From contig OY970067.1 in NCBI GenBank assembly GCA_963705305.1, forward strand, positions 896,001 through 960,000: a stretch of 64,000 nucleotides of DNA, written 5' to 3'. A model generated the notes under the pieces. That model ran no database searches. It was not told the DNA's origin and saw only the letters and a list, made by a program, of their open reading frames with translations. Origin of the DNA: an uncultured Methylomirabilota bacterium. GTDB taxonomy: Bacteria; Methylomirabilota; Methylomirabilia; Methylomirabilales; 2-02-FULL-66-22. A program made the position numbers and the translations under genes. Position 1 is the stretch's first letter. Every line of letters starts with the position of its first letter. This document shows positions 1-8,277 of this stretch, one piece after another.

Positions 1-1
1 G

Positions 2-1003
2 GTCCGGCTGGGCAACGCCCTGTGCTGCCTGGACCATCCGCCCATCCGGGCCCTCTTCGTCTACCAGGCCAACCCGGCCGCCAACATCCCGGATCAGCGC
101 CAGGTACGCGCCGGGCTCGTCCGGGAGGACCTCTTCACCGTCGTCCACGAGCAGTTCTTCACCGACACCGCCGATTTCGCCGACATCCTGCTGCCGGCCA
201 CGACCAGCTTCGAGCATACCGACCTGTATCGCAGCTATGGGCACTACTACCTCCAGCTCGCCCGGCCCGTCATTCCTCCGGCGGGCGAGGCCCGGTCCAA
301 CCTGGAGCTGTTCCAGGCCCTGGCCGCGCGCCTGGGCTTTGCCGAGCCGATCTTCCGGAAGACGGTCGAGGAGTTGATCCGGGACCTCCTGGCGGTGCAG
401 CATTCGGATGTGGACGGCCTGTCGTTCGAGCGCTTGGCCTCCGGCCGGCCCGTCCGGGTGAACATTCCTCGCACCGGCAATCCCTTCGGCGACGGCTTCC
501 CGACGCCTTCGGGACGCCTGGAGCTCTTCTCGCAGCGCCTGGCGGCCAGGGGCCTGCCCCCCGTCCCGTCCTACGTGCCGGCGGCCGAAGGGCACGAGCA
601 TGCCACGCCGGAATTTCCCCTGCAGTTGATGACACCCCCCTCCAAGGATTTCCTCAACACCAGCTTCGGGGGGGTCGAGGGCCTGCGGCGCGCCGAGGGG
701 AAGCCCCGCCTGAAGATCAACCCGGCCGACGCCGGCCCGCGCGAAATCGGCGACAACGCGCTCGTCCGGGTGTACAATCCCCGCGGCGAATGCCGTCTTT
801 ACGCGGAGGTGACCGACGACGTGCCCCCGGGCGTCCTGGTGGCCGAGTCGATCTGGTGGGCCAAGCATCATCCGGGAGGTAACGGCATCAATCAGCTCAC
901 CTCCCAACGATTGACCGATCTGGGCGAGTGCAGCACCATCCACGAGAATCTGGTCAACGTCGCCCTCGCCGGCCCCGACCCGGATGCGGCAGGGGCCGCC
1001 TGA
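2..1003 (+). CDS. Molybdopterin oxidoreductase family protein, C-terminal part (5' truncated by window)
   Basis: Frame open from position 2 (VRLGNAL...ALFVYQANPAA...VHEQFFTDTADFADILLPATTSFE), then TPSGRLE and a molybdopterin dinucleotide-binding tail (INPADAGPREIGD...V.VYNPRG). Confidence 0.9.
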   Translation, partial: VRLGNALCCLDHPPIRALFVYQANPAANIPDQRQVRAGLVREDLFTVVHEQFFTDTADFADILLPATTSFEHTDLYRSYGHYYLQLARPVIPPAGEARSNLELFQALAARLGFAEPIFRKTVEELIRDLLAVQHSDVDGLSFERLASGRPVRVNIPRTGNPFGDGFPTPSGRLELFSQRLAARGLPPVPSYVPAAEGHEHATPEFPLQLMTPPSKDFLNTSFGGVEGLRRAEGKPRLKINPADAGPREIGDNALVRVYNPRGECRLYAEVTDDVPPGVLVAESIWWAKHHPGGNGINQLTSQRLTDLGECSTIHENLVNVALAGPDPDAAGAA

Positions 1004-1026
1004 CGCCGCCATCCGGAGCGCTTATC

Positions 1027-1740
1027 ATGATCGAAGAGCGGCTCAGCATTCCGGTGGATGCCGTCGCGCTGGCGGCGGTCCTGCATCTCCCCGCCTCCGG
1101 CCGGGGCCCCTGGCCGTGCGTGATCACCGCGCATGGTCTCCTGAGCTCCAAGGACAGCGACAAGTACCTGCTCATCGCGGCGGAGTTCACGCGGGCGGGC
1201 GTCGCCGTTTGCCGATTCGACTTCCGCGGCTGCGGGGACAGCGGGGGGAGCCTGCTGGAGACTACGGTCGCGCAGTGGGTGGCCGACCTGCGCGCCGTCC
1301 TGGACTGGGCGCGGAAGCACCCCGCCCTGAACGGACGCCTGGGGCTTCTGGGAAGCAGCATGGGCGGCTTTATCTCGCTGTGCCTCGCCCACGAGGAGCC
1401 GGACGTCCGGGCGGTCGCCGTCTGGGCCGCGCCGGCGGACCTGGACGATCTGGGCGTCGGACCCGAGGCGGTCGCCGAATATGGCCTGGGGGCGCCCTTC
1501 GTGGCCGACCTCCAGGCCGGACGGTACCTCCGGGTGCCGCGGGGCACGCGCGCGTGCCTGTTCATCCACGGAGACCAGGACGACGTGGTGCCCGTGGAGC
1601 ACGCGCGGCGCCTGCACAGGGCGGCCCGTGAGCCGAAGCGGCTGGTGATTATCCCCGGCGGCGATCACTCGCTCACGGACACGACGCACCGCCGGGAGGC
1701 GGTCCGCCTGAGCTTGGAGTGGATGCAGCGATTCCTCTAG
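1027..1740 (+). CDS. Alpha/beta hydrolase (OsmC/YcfP-like serine hydrolase)
   Basis: HG oxyanion motif, FDFRGCGDS, nucleophile GSSMGG, HGDQDDVV, GGDH. Confidence 0.9.
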   Translation: MIEERLSIPVDAVALAAVLHLPASGRGPWPCVITAHGLLSSKDSDKYLLIAAEFTRAGVAVCRFDFRGCGDSGGSLLETTVAQWVADLRAVLDWARKHPALNGRLGLLGSSMGGFISLCLAHEEPDVRAVAVWAAPADLDDLGVGPEAVAEYGLGAPFVADLQAGRYLRVPRGTRACLFIHGDQDDVVPVEHARRLHRAAREPKRLVIIPGGDHSLTDTTHRREAVRLSLEWMQRFL

Positions 1741-1912
1741 CAGGCTGCTGAAAAAGGCCCATCTGCCGCGTTGGCGCACTCTCGCGACGCTGCGACGTAC
1801 CCGTAAGTACGCCTCGCGTCTGCACCCATCCTGCGGATGGGTACCCGGCGCGCCGCCTTGCATCTGGACCTTTTTGAGCAGCCTGGGGGAAAGCGGATTT
1901 TTCAGTATCCTG
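1741..1912. mobile_element. MITE-like palindromic element, copy 1, with CTAG target duplication
   Basis: CTAG (1737-1740) + CAGGCTGCTGAAAAA ... TTTTTCAGTATCCTG + CTAG (1913-1916); internal inverted repeat; related copy at 15604-15870. Confidence 0.8.
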
Positions 1913-2198
1913 CTAGGCCACTCGGGGAGCCTCCGGAGATGCCCCGAGGCAGCCGGCCGTGCGGTGGGCCGGTGGTCCGGTCGCCGTCGGGGGCACCCGG
2001 CCCGCAGCCGTGTCCATCCAGATCGCTGGCTGGATCCTTTGGCGAACCGGCGGCGTGGAGGAGTTTCGTCCCACGCGGGGCGGCGACCCGGAGCGAGAGG
2101 CCCCAGGCCAGCAAAGCTGGCCTGCCGTCGCGGCCGGGCGCCCGAAGAGGCAGCTCTGGAGACTCCCCGCCGCCCGCGAGGAGCGTCGAACTGCTGTC

Positions 2199-4913
2199 AT
2201 GAATCTCTTCCAGCGCTTTGAAGAGACGGCCGCACGGCGGCCCGACCGGATGGCCCTCCAGATCAAGGAGGGGCGGGCCTACCGCGGGCTGACCTTCCTC
2301 GAGATCGGCCGGCAGGTGCGGCGGCTGGCCGCCGTCTTGATCCGCCACGGGACGGCCCCCGGCGACCGGGTGGCCCTGGTCAGCGAGAACCGACCCGAGT
2401 GGGCCGTGGCCTACCTTGCCATCACGGCGGCCGGCGCGGCAGCGGTTCCACTGGACACCCAGATGAGCGACGCGGAGGCGGTGAACGTCCTGCGGCATGC
2501 GGAGTGCCGGGTGGCGATCGCCTCCGGCGCGCAGACGCCGCGCCTGGTGGCCGTCGGACGCAGCGGCGCACCGCTTGGTCGAGTGGTCGACCTGGACGCG
2601 GAGTCGGCCTTCGATGACCGGGTGCTGCCGGGCCGCGCCATCCTGATGCACGGCGACGATGCAGTGGCGGCGCTGCCCGCAGTGGATGAGGACGCCCTGG
2701 CCTCCATCCTGTATACCTCCGGGACCACCGGCAACCCCAAGGGGGTGATGCTGACCCACGGGAACTTCCTGGCCAATGTCGAGAGCATCCTTCGCTTCGG
2801 CCTGGTTCGCCCCGAGGATAACCTGCTGGCGCTGCTTCCCCTGCACCACGCGTTCGCATTCATGGTCCAGCTTGTCGTCCTCTGCTCGGGGGCCCAGATC
2901 ACCTTCCCGCCCTCTCTGCGCGGGCCCGACCTTCTCGCGTGCATGGAGGAGACGGGGGTGTCGCTTCTGGTCGGCGTCCCCCAGCTCTTCTACATGCTGC
3001 ACAAATCCATCTTCGACCAGCTCCAGAGCCGGCCGCTCTTGGTCCGGGCGCTGTTCCGGTCCCTGCTGCGGCTGGCGGGGGCGCTCCATTCCCGGGGTGT
3101 CAACCTGGGCCGGACAGTATTCTCGAGCCTCCACCGCCGCTTCGGAGGCCATATCCGCCTCATGGTGAGCGGCGGCGCGCGGCTGGACCCCCTCATTGCC
3201 CGCGATTTCCTGGCTCTGGGCTTCACATTCACCGAGGGCTACGGGCTGACGGAGGCGGCGCCGGTGGTTTGCTTCAATCCCCTGGATGACTTCCGCCCGG
3301 GCTCGGTGGGCGTGCCCTTGCCCGACGTGGAGATCCGGATCCTCGACCGGGGCCCGGACGGGGCGGGCGAGGTCGTCATCCGCGGCGCCAACATCACCCC
3401 CGGATACTTCCGAAATCCCGAGGCCACGGCCGAGGTTCTCCGGGACGGGTGGCTGCACTCGGGCGATCTCGGTTGGCTGGACGAAGACGGTTACCTGACT
3501 ATCACGGGGCGCGCCAAGGAGGTGATCGTCCTCAGCTCGGGGAAGAATATCTACCCCGAGGAGGTCGAGGAGCAGTACCTCAAAAGTCCGTACATCAAGG
3601 AGATCTGCCTCATCCCCCAGGCCACCGACCGGGGCGGGGCCGTCGTGGAGGGACTGCTGGCCTTGGTCCTGCCGGACCTGGACTACTTCCGGACCCAGGA
3701 CATGACCAACGTCTTCGAGACCATTCGCTGGGATATGGAGAACATCAGCCGGAATCTCCCCCCCTTCAAGCGGCCCACGAGCCTCCGCATCGTGAAGGAA
3801 AGCTTCCCCCGGACGCGATTGGGGAAAATCCAGCGCTATCTGGTGCAGCAGCAGGCCGTGGAAGAGGGCCGTGGGGAGACCGAGCCGCGCGATGTCTCGG
3901 CTCCCTCCGCAGAGGACCAGGCCCTCCTGGAGGACCCGGTGGCCCAGCGGATCCTCGTCTCCCTCCGGGAGACCGCCCAGGCACCCAGCCTGAGATTGGA
4001 CGACCACCTGGAGCTGGACCTGGGAATGGACTCGTTGGCGCGGGTGGAGATGCTCGTGGCCCTGGAAGGGATGTTCGGCGTGAAGATCCCGGATGAGGCC
4101 GCGGCCCAGTGCTTCACCGTCCGAGAAGTGATCCAGCGCGTGCGCTCCCTCCAGGGGGCGACACCCGCCCCCGCGACTGCCCCGCCGCGGAGGCAGGGCT
4201 GGGGCGAGATCCTGGCGGCCGATCCGCCGGCGGAGATCACGCGCAGGATCCAGGGCGGCGGGGGAATCTCCGCAGCCGTCGTGACGGCCGTGTCCCGAGG
4301 GTTGTCCGCCCTGATCTTCCGGACCCTGTATCGGCTGCGTGTCGAGGGTCGCGAGCACGTGCCTGCCGGCGGCCCGCTGGTCCTGGTGGCGAATCACTGC
4401 AGCTACTTCGACGCCTTCATTTTGGCCGCCGCGCTGCCGCAGCCGGCCGTCCGGCATCTCTTCTATCTCGGGTTCGAGTGGTTCTTCCGCAACCCGATCC
4501 TGGCCTGGTGGGGGCGCGGGGTCCGGGTGATCCCGGTGGACATGGACACCTACCTGGTCCGCGCCCTCCGGGCCGCCGCCTGCGTCCTGCGCCAGAAGAA
4601 CATTCTCTGCGTCTTTCCCGAGGGAGAGCGATCCGCCACCGGCGAGCTGCGTCCGTTTCGCAAGGGGACCGGCATTCTCGTCCGGGAGTTGCGGGCACCC
4701 ATCCTGCCCGCCTACATCTCCGGATCGTTCGACGCCTGGCCTCGCGGCCAGGCGCTTCCCCGCGTGCATCGTCTGCGCGTCCGCTTCGGGCCGGTGGCGG
4801 TGCCGGAAGAGCTCCTTGCGGGCGACGGGCCGCGCGGGGCAGACGAATACGAGACCGTTGTCTTGCGACTGCAGGAGCGGATGGCCGGGTTGCAGGACGC
4901 GGAGAGGGCTTGA
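2199..4913 (+). CDS. Long-chain acyl-CoA synthetase (AMP-binding) + acyl carrier + PlsC-type acyltransferase fusion
   Basis: YTSGTTGNPKG, EGYGLTE, SGD; ACP motif DLGMDSL; acyltransferase motifs NHCSYFD and FPEGERS. Confidence 0.92.
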   Translation: MNLFQRFEETAARRPDRMALQIKEGRAYRGLTFLEIGRQVRRLAAVLIRHGTAPGDRVALVSENRPEWAVAYLAITAAGAAAVPLDTQMSDAEAVNVLRHAECRVAIASGAQTPRLVAVGRSGAPLGRVVDLDAESAFDDRVLPGRAILMHGDDAVAALPAVDEDALASILYTSGTTGNPKGVMLTHGNFLANVESILRFGLVRPEDNLLALLPLHHAFAFMVQLVVLCSGAQITFPPSLRGPDLLACMEETGVSLLVGVPQLFYMLHKSIFDQLQSRPLLVRALFRSLLRLAGALHSRGVNLGRTVFSSLHRRFGGHIRLMVSGGARLDPLIARDFLALGFTFTEGYGLTEAAPVVCFNPLDDFRPGSVGVPLPDVEIRILDRGPDGAGEVVIRGANITPGYFRNPEATAEVLRDGWLHSGDLGWLDEDGYLTITGRAKEVIVLSSGKNIYPEEVEEQYLKSPYIKEICLIPQATDRGGAVVEGLLALVLPDLDYFRTQDMTNVFETIRWDMENISRNLPPFKRPTSLRIVKESFPRTRLGKIQRYLVQQQAVEEGRGETEPRDVSAPSAEDQALLEDPVAQRILVSLRETAQAPSLRLDDHLELDLGMDSLARVEMLVALEGMFGVKIPDEAAAQCFTVREVIQRVRSLQGATPAPATAPPRRQGWGEILAADPPAEITRRIQGGGGISAAVVTAVSRGLSALIFRTLYRLRVEGREHVPAGGPLVLVANHCSYFDAFILAAALPQPAVRHLFYLGFEWFFRNPILAWWGRGVRVIPVDMDTYLVRALRAAACVLRQKNILCVFPEGERSATGELRPFRKGTGILVRELRAPILPAYISGSFDAWPRGQALPRVHRLRVRFGPVAVPEELLAGDGPRGADEYETVVLRLQERMAGLQDAERA

Positions 4914-5091
4914 GAGCGGGGCGCTTGACTTCCGGCCTTCCGCTGGGATAATCGGCTGTGCCCGCAGGACAGCGTCGCATGAGCAAACGACGTCGTGAGA
5001 CGCGAGACGCCCCGATGATCCACTGTGAAGGTCCTGCGCCAGGATTGCCCGGACCGGGCGGTCCTGGCGGGACAGAGGAGGCTGCCCAAAC

Positions 5092-5763
5092 GTGAAAAAA
5101 GCCCTGCTATCCTGGAGCAGCGGGAAGGACAGCGCCTGGGCGCTGCACCGGCTGCGGGCTCCGGACCTCGAGGTGGTCGGCCTGCTCACCACGCTCAACC
5201 AGGCCTTCGACCGGGTGGCCATGCACGCGGTGCGTCGCAGCCTCCTCGAGGCCCAGGCCGACGCCCTCGCTCTTCCGCTGTGGGCCGTCCCGCTGCCCTG
5301 GCCCTGCTCCAACAGCGAGTACGAGGCCATCATGGAGCGGGTTTGCCGCCGCGCCGTCGGCCAGGGAATCGAGTTCGTGATCTTCGGAGACCTCTACCTC
5401 GCCGATGTGCGCGCCTACCGAGAGCGACAGCTCGAGGGCACCGGCCTGACCCCCCTCTTCCCCCTCTGGGGCATCCCGACCGCGGAGCTCGCGCGGGAAA
5501 TGGTGGCGGGGGGCCTCAAAGCCAAGATCACCTGTCTCGATCCCAAGGTCTTGCCCGCGAGCTTTGCCGGGCGGGACTTCGATGCGAAGCTGCTGGAGGA
5601 GCTGCCGGCGGGAGTGGATCCCTGCGGCGAGCAGGGGGAGTTTCACACCTTCGCCTACGGCGGGCCCATGTTTCGGAAATCCATCCCGGCCGTGAGCGGG
5701 CAGACGCTGGAGCGGGACGGGTTTGTGTTTGCCGATCTGATGCTGGAAGCTCCGCCATCCTGA
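5092..5763 (+). CDS. Adenine nucleotide alpha-hydrolase / diphthamide synthase-like ATP pyrophosphatase (MJ0570 family)
   Basis: PP-loop SWSSGKDS, FGDL, PLWG, DPCGEQGEFHT. Confidence 0.9.
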   Translation: MKKALLSWSSGKDSAWALHRLRAPDLEVVGLLTTLNQAFDRVAMHAVRRSLLEAQADALALPLWAVPLPWPCSNSEYEAIMERVCRRAVGQGIEFVIFGDLYLADVRAYRERQLEGTGLTPLFPLWGIPTAELAREMVAGGLKAKITCLDPKVLPASFAGRDFDAKLLEELPAGVDPCGEQGEFHTFAYGGPMFRKSIPAVSGQTLERDGFVFADLMLEAPPS

Positions 5764-5772
5764 GGCGGGGAC

Positions 5773-6906
5773 TTACGGGGCGTAGGTCCGGGCCGTCTCG
5801 TACATGGCGCAGATGTTTTCCGGAGAGACGTTGGCCTGGATGTTGTGCACCGCACAGAGGACATAGCCACCGCCGGGACCTAGATCGTCGATCCGCTTCC
5901 GCACCTCGGCCGCGACCTCGCCGGGGGTGCCGAAGGGGAGGACCCGCTGCGTGTCGACGGCCCCCCAGAAGGCGAGGTCCTTGCCGAACTCCCGCTTCAG
6001 GCGCTTCGAATCCATCCCCCTGGCGGACACCTGGACCGGATTCAGGGCGTCCACCCCGATCTCAATGAGATCCGGGATGAGGTGCACCACGCTGCCGCAG
6101 GTGTGATACAGGATCTTGGCCGAGGTGCGCGACTTGACGGTGGCGAAGAGCCGCCGGTGGTGCGGCTTGATCATCTTGCGGTACAGCTCCATGGACATCA
6201 TGGGGCCGTCCTGGAAGGCCATATCGTCCCCATAGAAGCAGATGTCGGCGCGATCCCCCGCGGCCTCCAGCAGGTCGACGGCCATGGCGACCCAGAGGTC
6301 GGCCAGCTTTTCCATCAGCGCCTGGAAGAAAGCGGGATCGGCGATGAGGTCCGAAAACCAGTCCTCGAAGCCCCGCAGGAACTGCGCCTGGTGGACGATG
6401 CCGCCTGGCATGTTCAGGACCACCGCATAGTTCGTCTCGTCGTGCAGCCGCCGGGCCTCTTCGGCCAGGCCCCGGCAGCGGCCCGGATCGTGCGGATCCG
6501 GCCAGGGGTAGCGCTCCAGATCGGCCGGCGTCCGATCTCCCCGCAGCGGAGGACGGCTCAGATCGTAGTACAGGCTTCCGGGCGGGCGGCTGCGCACGAC
6601 CCCCCACTCGTCCTGGTAGGAGCCGTCGGGGAAGGTGATGTCCTGGGACCGGTCCGGCGCGCCCTGGCTAAGGCTTCGTGTGTCGATGTCGAAGCGGCGC
6701 AGCACCTCCTCGCCGGGATGGGCGATGTTGAGCCACTTGCTGAAGATCCGGGGGGGCGCATCGATCCCGAGGTGGCGATGCAAATTCTCGTAGGCCTCCA
6801 CCACCAGCGAGGTGCAGCGGGTGGCGCCCAGATCCAGGGGGACCCGGTCCGGCTCCTGGTGACTGAGGGCCCGCTGCACGCGCTCCCGGTGCGTCATGGT
6901 CGTCAT
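5773..6906 (-). CDS. Uroporphyrinogen decarboxylase / MtaA-CmuA family protein
   Basis: T.RERV..AL...EPDRVP, DEWG, GDD, YHTCG, LNPVQ, WGAVDTQ..LP.GT, GGGYV, HNIQ. Confidence 0.88.
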   Translation of the reverse strand: MTTMTHRERVQRALSHQEPDRVPLDLGATRCTSLVVEAYENLHRHLGIDAPPRIFSKWLNIAHPGEEVLRRFDIDTRSLSQGAPDRSQDITFPDGSYQDEWGVVRSRPPGSLYYDLSRPPLRGDRTPADLERYPWPDPHDPGRCRGLAEEARRLHDETNYAVVLNMPGGIVHQAQFLRGFEDWFSDLIADPAFFQALMEKLADLWVAMAVDLLEAAGDRADICFYGDDMAFQDGPMMSMELYRKMIKPHHRRLFATVKSRTSAKILYHTCGSVVHLIPDLIEIGVDALNPVQVSARGMDSKRLKREFGKDLAFWGAVDTQRVLPFGTPGEVAAEVRKRIDDLGPGGGYVLCAVHNIQANVSPENICAMYETARTYAP

Positions 6907-7039
6907 GGCTCCTCCCGCTCCGTGCTTGACGTGGGCTCACGTCAATGATACCGATTCCACGCCTCGGACGCCATCCCGGCAACCGAGGCGCGGCCGGCCG
7001 GTCCTGAGTGGCGGACAAGTGGGGCGACACGGGGGGCCT

Positions 7040-7066
7040 GTCATTCCGGCGAAAGCCGGAATCCAG
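7040..7066 (+). repeat. Palindromic REP repeat GTCATTCCGGCGAAAGCCGGAATCCAG
   Basis: Hairpin; identical copies at about 15899 and 17555, a variant at about 17497, inverted copies at 7392-7418, 7550-7576 and 7588-7614. Confidence 0.9.
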
Positions 7067-7093
7067 TGAAGTCCGAGTTCAGACCCTGAGGCT

Positions 7094-7387
7094 ATGCGAT
7101 TGAAGCAGCCTTGCGTGTACTTGCTCGCAAGCCGCCGAAACGGGACGCTATATGTCGGAGTCACCTCGGACTTGGTCAAGCGCGCATGGGAGCACAAAGA
7201 AAACCTTGCCGACGGATTCACCAGACGGTATGGAGTGCACATGTTGGTCTGGTATGAGCTGCATGAGTCCATGGAAGCGGCCATCCAGCGCGAGAAAGCG
7301 ATCAAGGAGTGGAAGCGACGCTGGAAGCTGGAGTCGATCGAGAAGACGAATCCGAGCTGGCGCGACTTGTACACAGACCTATTGTGA
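7094..7387 (+). CDS. Small GIY-YIG endonuclease (UPF0213/YhbQ-like)
   Basis: VYLLAS.RNGTLYVGVTSDL.KR..EH ... FT.RY.V..LVWYE ... AI.REK.IK.W.R.WK..IEK.NP.W.DL. Confidence 0.92.
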   Translation: MRLKQPCVYLLASRRNGTLYVGVTSDLVKRAWEHKENLADGFTRRYGVHMLVWYELHESMEAAIQREKAIKEWKRRWKLESIEKTNPSWRDLYTDLL

Positions 7388-7391
7388 GGGG

Positions 7392-7688
7392 CTGGATTCC
7401 GGCGTGCACCGGAATGACGGAGGGGAAGGGCTGGCGTGCTGGGCCTTGTCGTCACCCCGGCCCCGGTCCTCATCGGGGGAAATTCCAGCCGCGGTCCAGA
7501 CGGCCTTTCGTCACCCCGGCGGACGCCGGGGTCCAGGATCGGGGCTCAACCGGATTCCGGCTTTCGCCGGAATGACAAGGGGGGACTCTGGATGCCGGCA
7601 TCCGCCGGCATGACGGAGATACGGCAGGATTCTCGGTGAGGGGAGATGGCGGAGGGGGGCTCTGGATATCGGCGAACGCCGGAATGGA
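7392..7688. repeat. Cluster of 5-6 REP palindromes in both orientations
   Basis: CTGGATTCCGGC..GCCGGAATGAC-type copies at 7392, 7550, 7588 and a degenerate one at about 7662; forward variant GTCACCCCGGCGGACGCCGGGGTCCAG at 7510. Confidence 0.85.
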
Positions 7689-7694
7689 GGAGTC

Positions 7695-8087
7695 ATGTCC
7701 ACGGTGAAATTCATCGAGTATGCGGAGGCCAGCGCCGAAGTGCGCACCGTCTTCGACGACATCAAGCGGACCCGCAACGTCCCCGACGTGAACAACTTCT
7801 GGAAGGTGCTGGCCAACCACCCGCCCACGCTGCGCCGCACCTGGGAAAGCCTCAAGGAGGTCATGGCGCCCGGGGCCCTCGACCCCCTGGTCAAGGAGAT
7901 GCTCTACCTCGCCGTGAGCGTCGCCCACGGCTGTGAGTACTGCATCGCCTCCCACACGGCCGGGGCGCGCAAGCGGGGCATGACGGACCAGATGCTCGGC
8001 GAGCTGCTGGCCGTGGTCGGCATGGCCAGCGAGACCAATCGCCTGGTCACCGGCCTGCGCGTCCCCGTGGACGAGGCCTTCCGCTGA
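7695..8087 (+). CDS. Carboxymuconolactone decarboxylase / AhpD-like protein
   Basis: LD...KEM..LAVS..HGCEYCIASH (CxxC). Confidence 0.9.
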   Translation: MSTVKFIEYAEASAEVRTVFDDIKRTRNVPDVNNFWKVLANHPPTLRRTWESLKEVMAPGALDPLVKEMLYLAVSVAHGCEYCIASHTAGARKRGMTDQMLGELLAVVGMASETNRLVTGLRVPVDEAFR

Positions 8088-8277
8088 CCGGAGCAGGGGC
8101 GGCCGGCCGCAGGCGACGGTCCTGCGGGCGCCGCGCCAACGATCGCCGCCCCAGCCGACCCAAACCCTTTCCTTGACAAACCGACGTGTAGATTATAAAA
8201 ACCCCGACGGGAGGGATCTCGCCCGCCGCTGCGTCTTCGTACCTTCTCAGGCCATCCGCGGGTTCCAGGGAGGACTC

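Noticed and set aside
1902..5333. 1143-aa minus-strand ORF and similar long antisense ORFs (8047-9840, 9650-11101, 11975-13873, 53032-54780)
   Set aside because: Shadow ORFs of high-GC genes on the opposite strand, with no recognisable motifs.
5773..6906. hemE assignment
   Set aside because: Lacks the HemE WxMRQAGR motif; it belongs to the broader UroD/MtaA-like family.
7040..7690. CRISPR array
   Set aside because: The repeats occur in both orientations, vary in sequence and have irregular spacing, with no cas genes; they behave as REPs.
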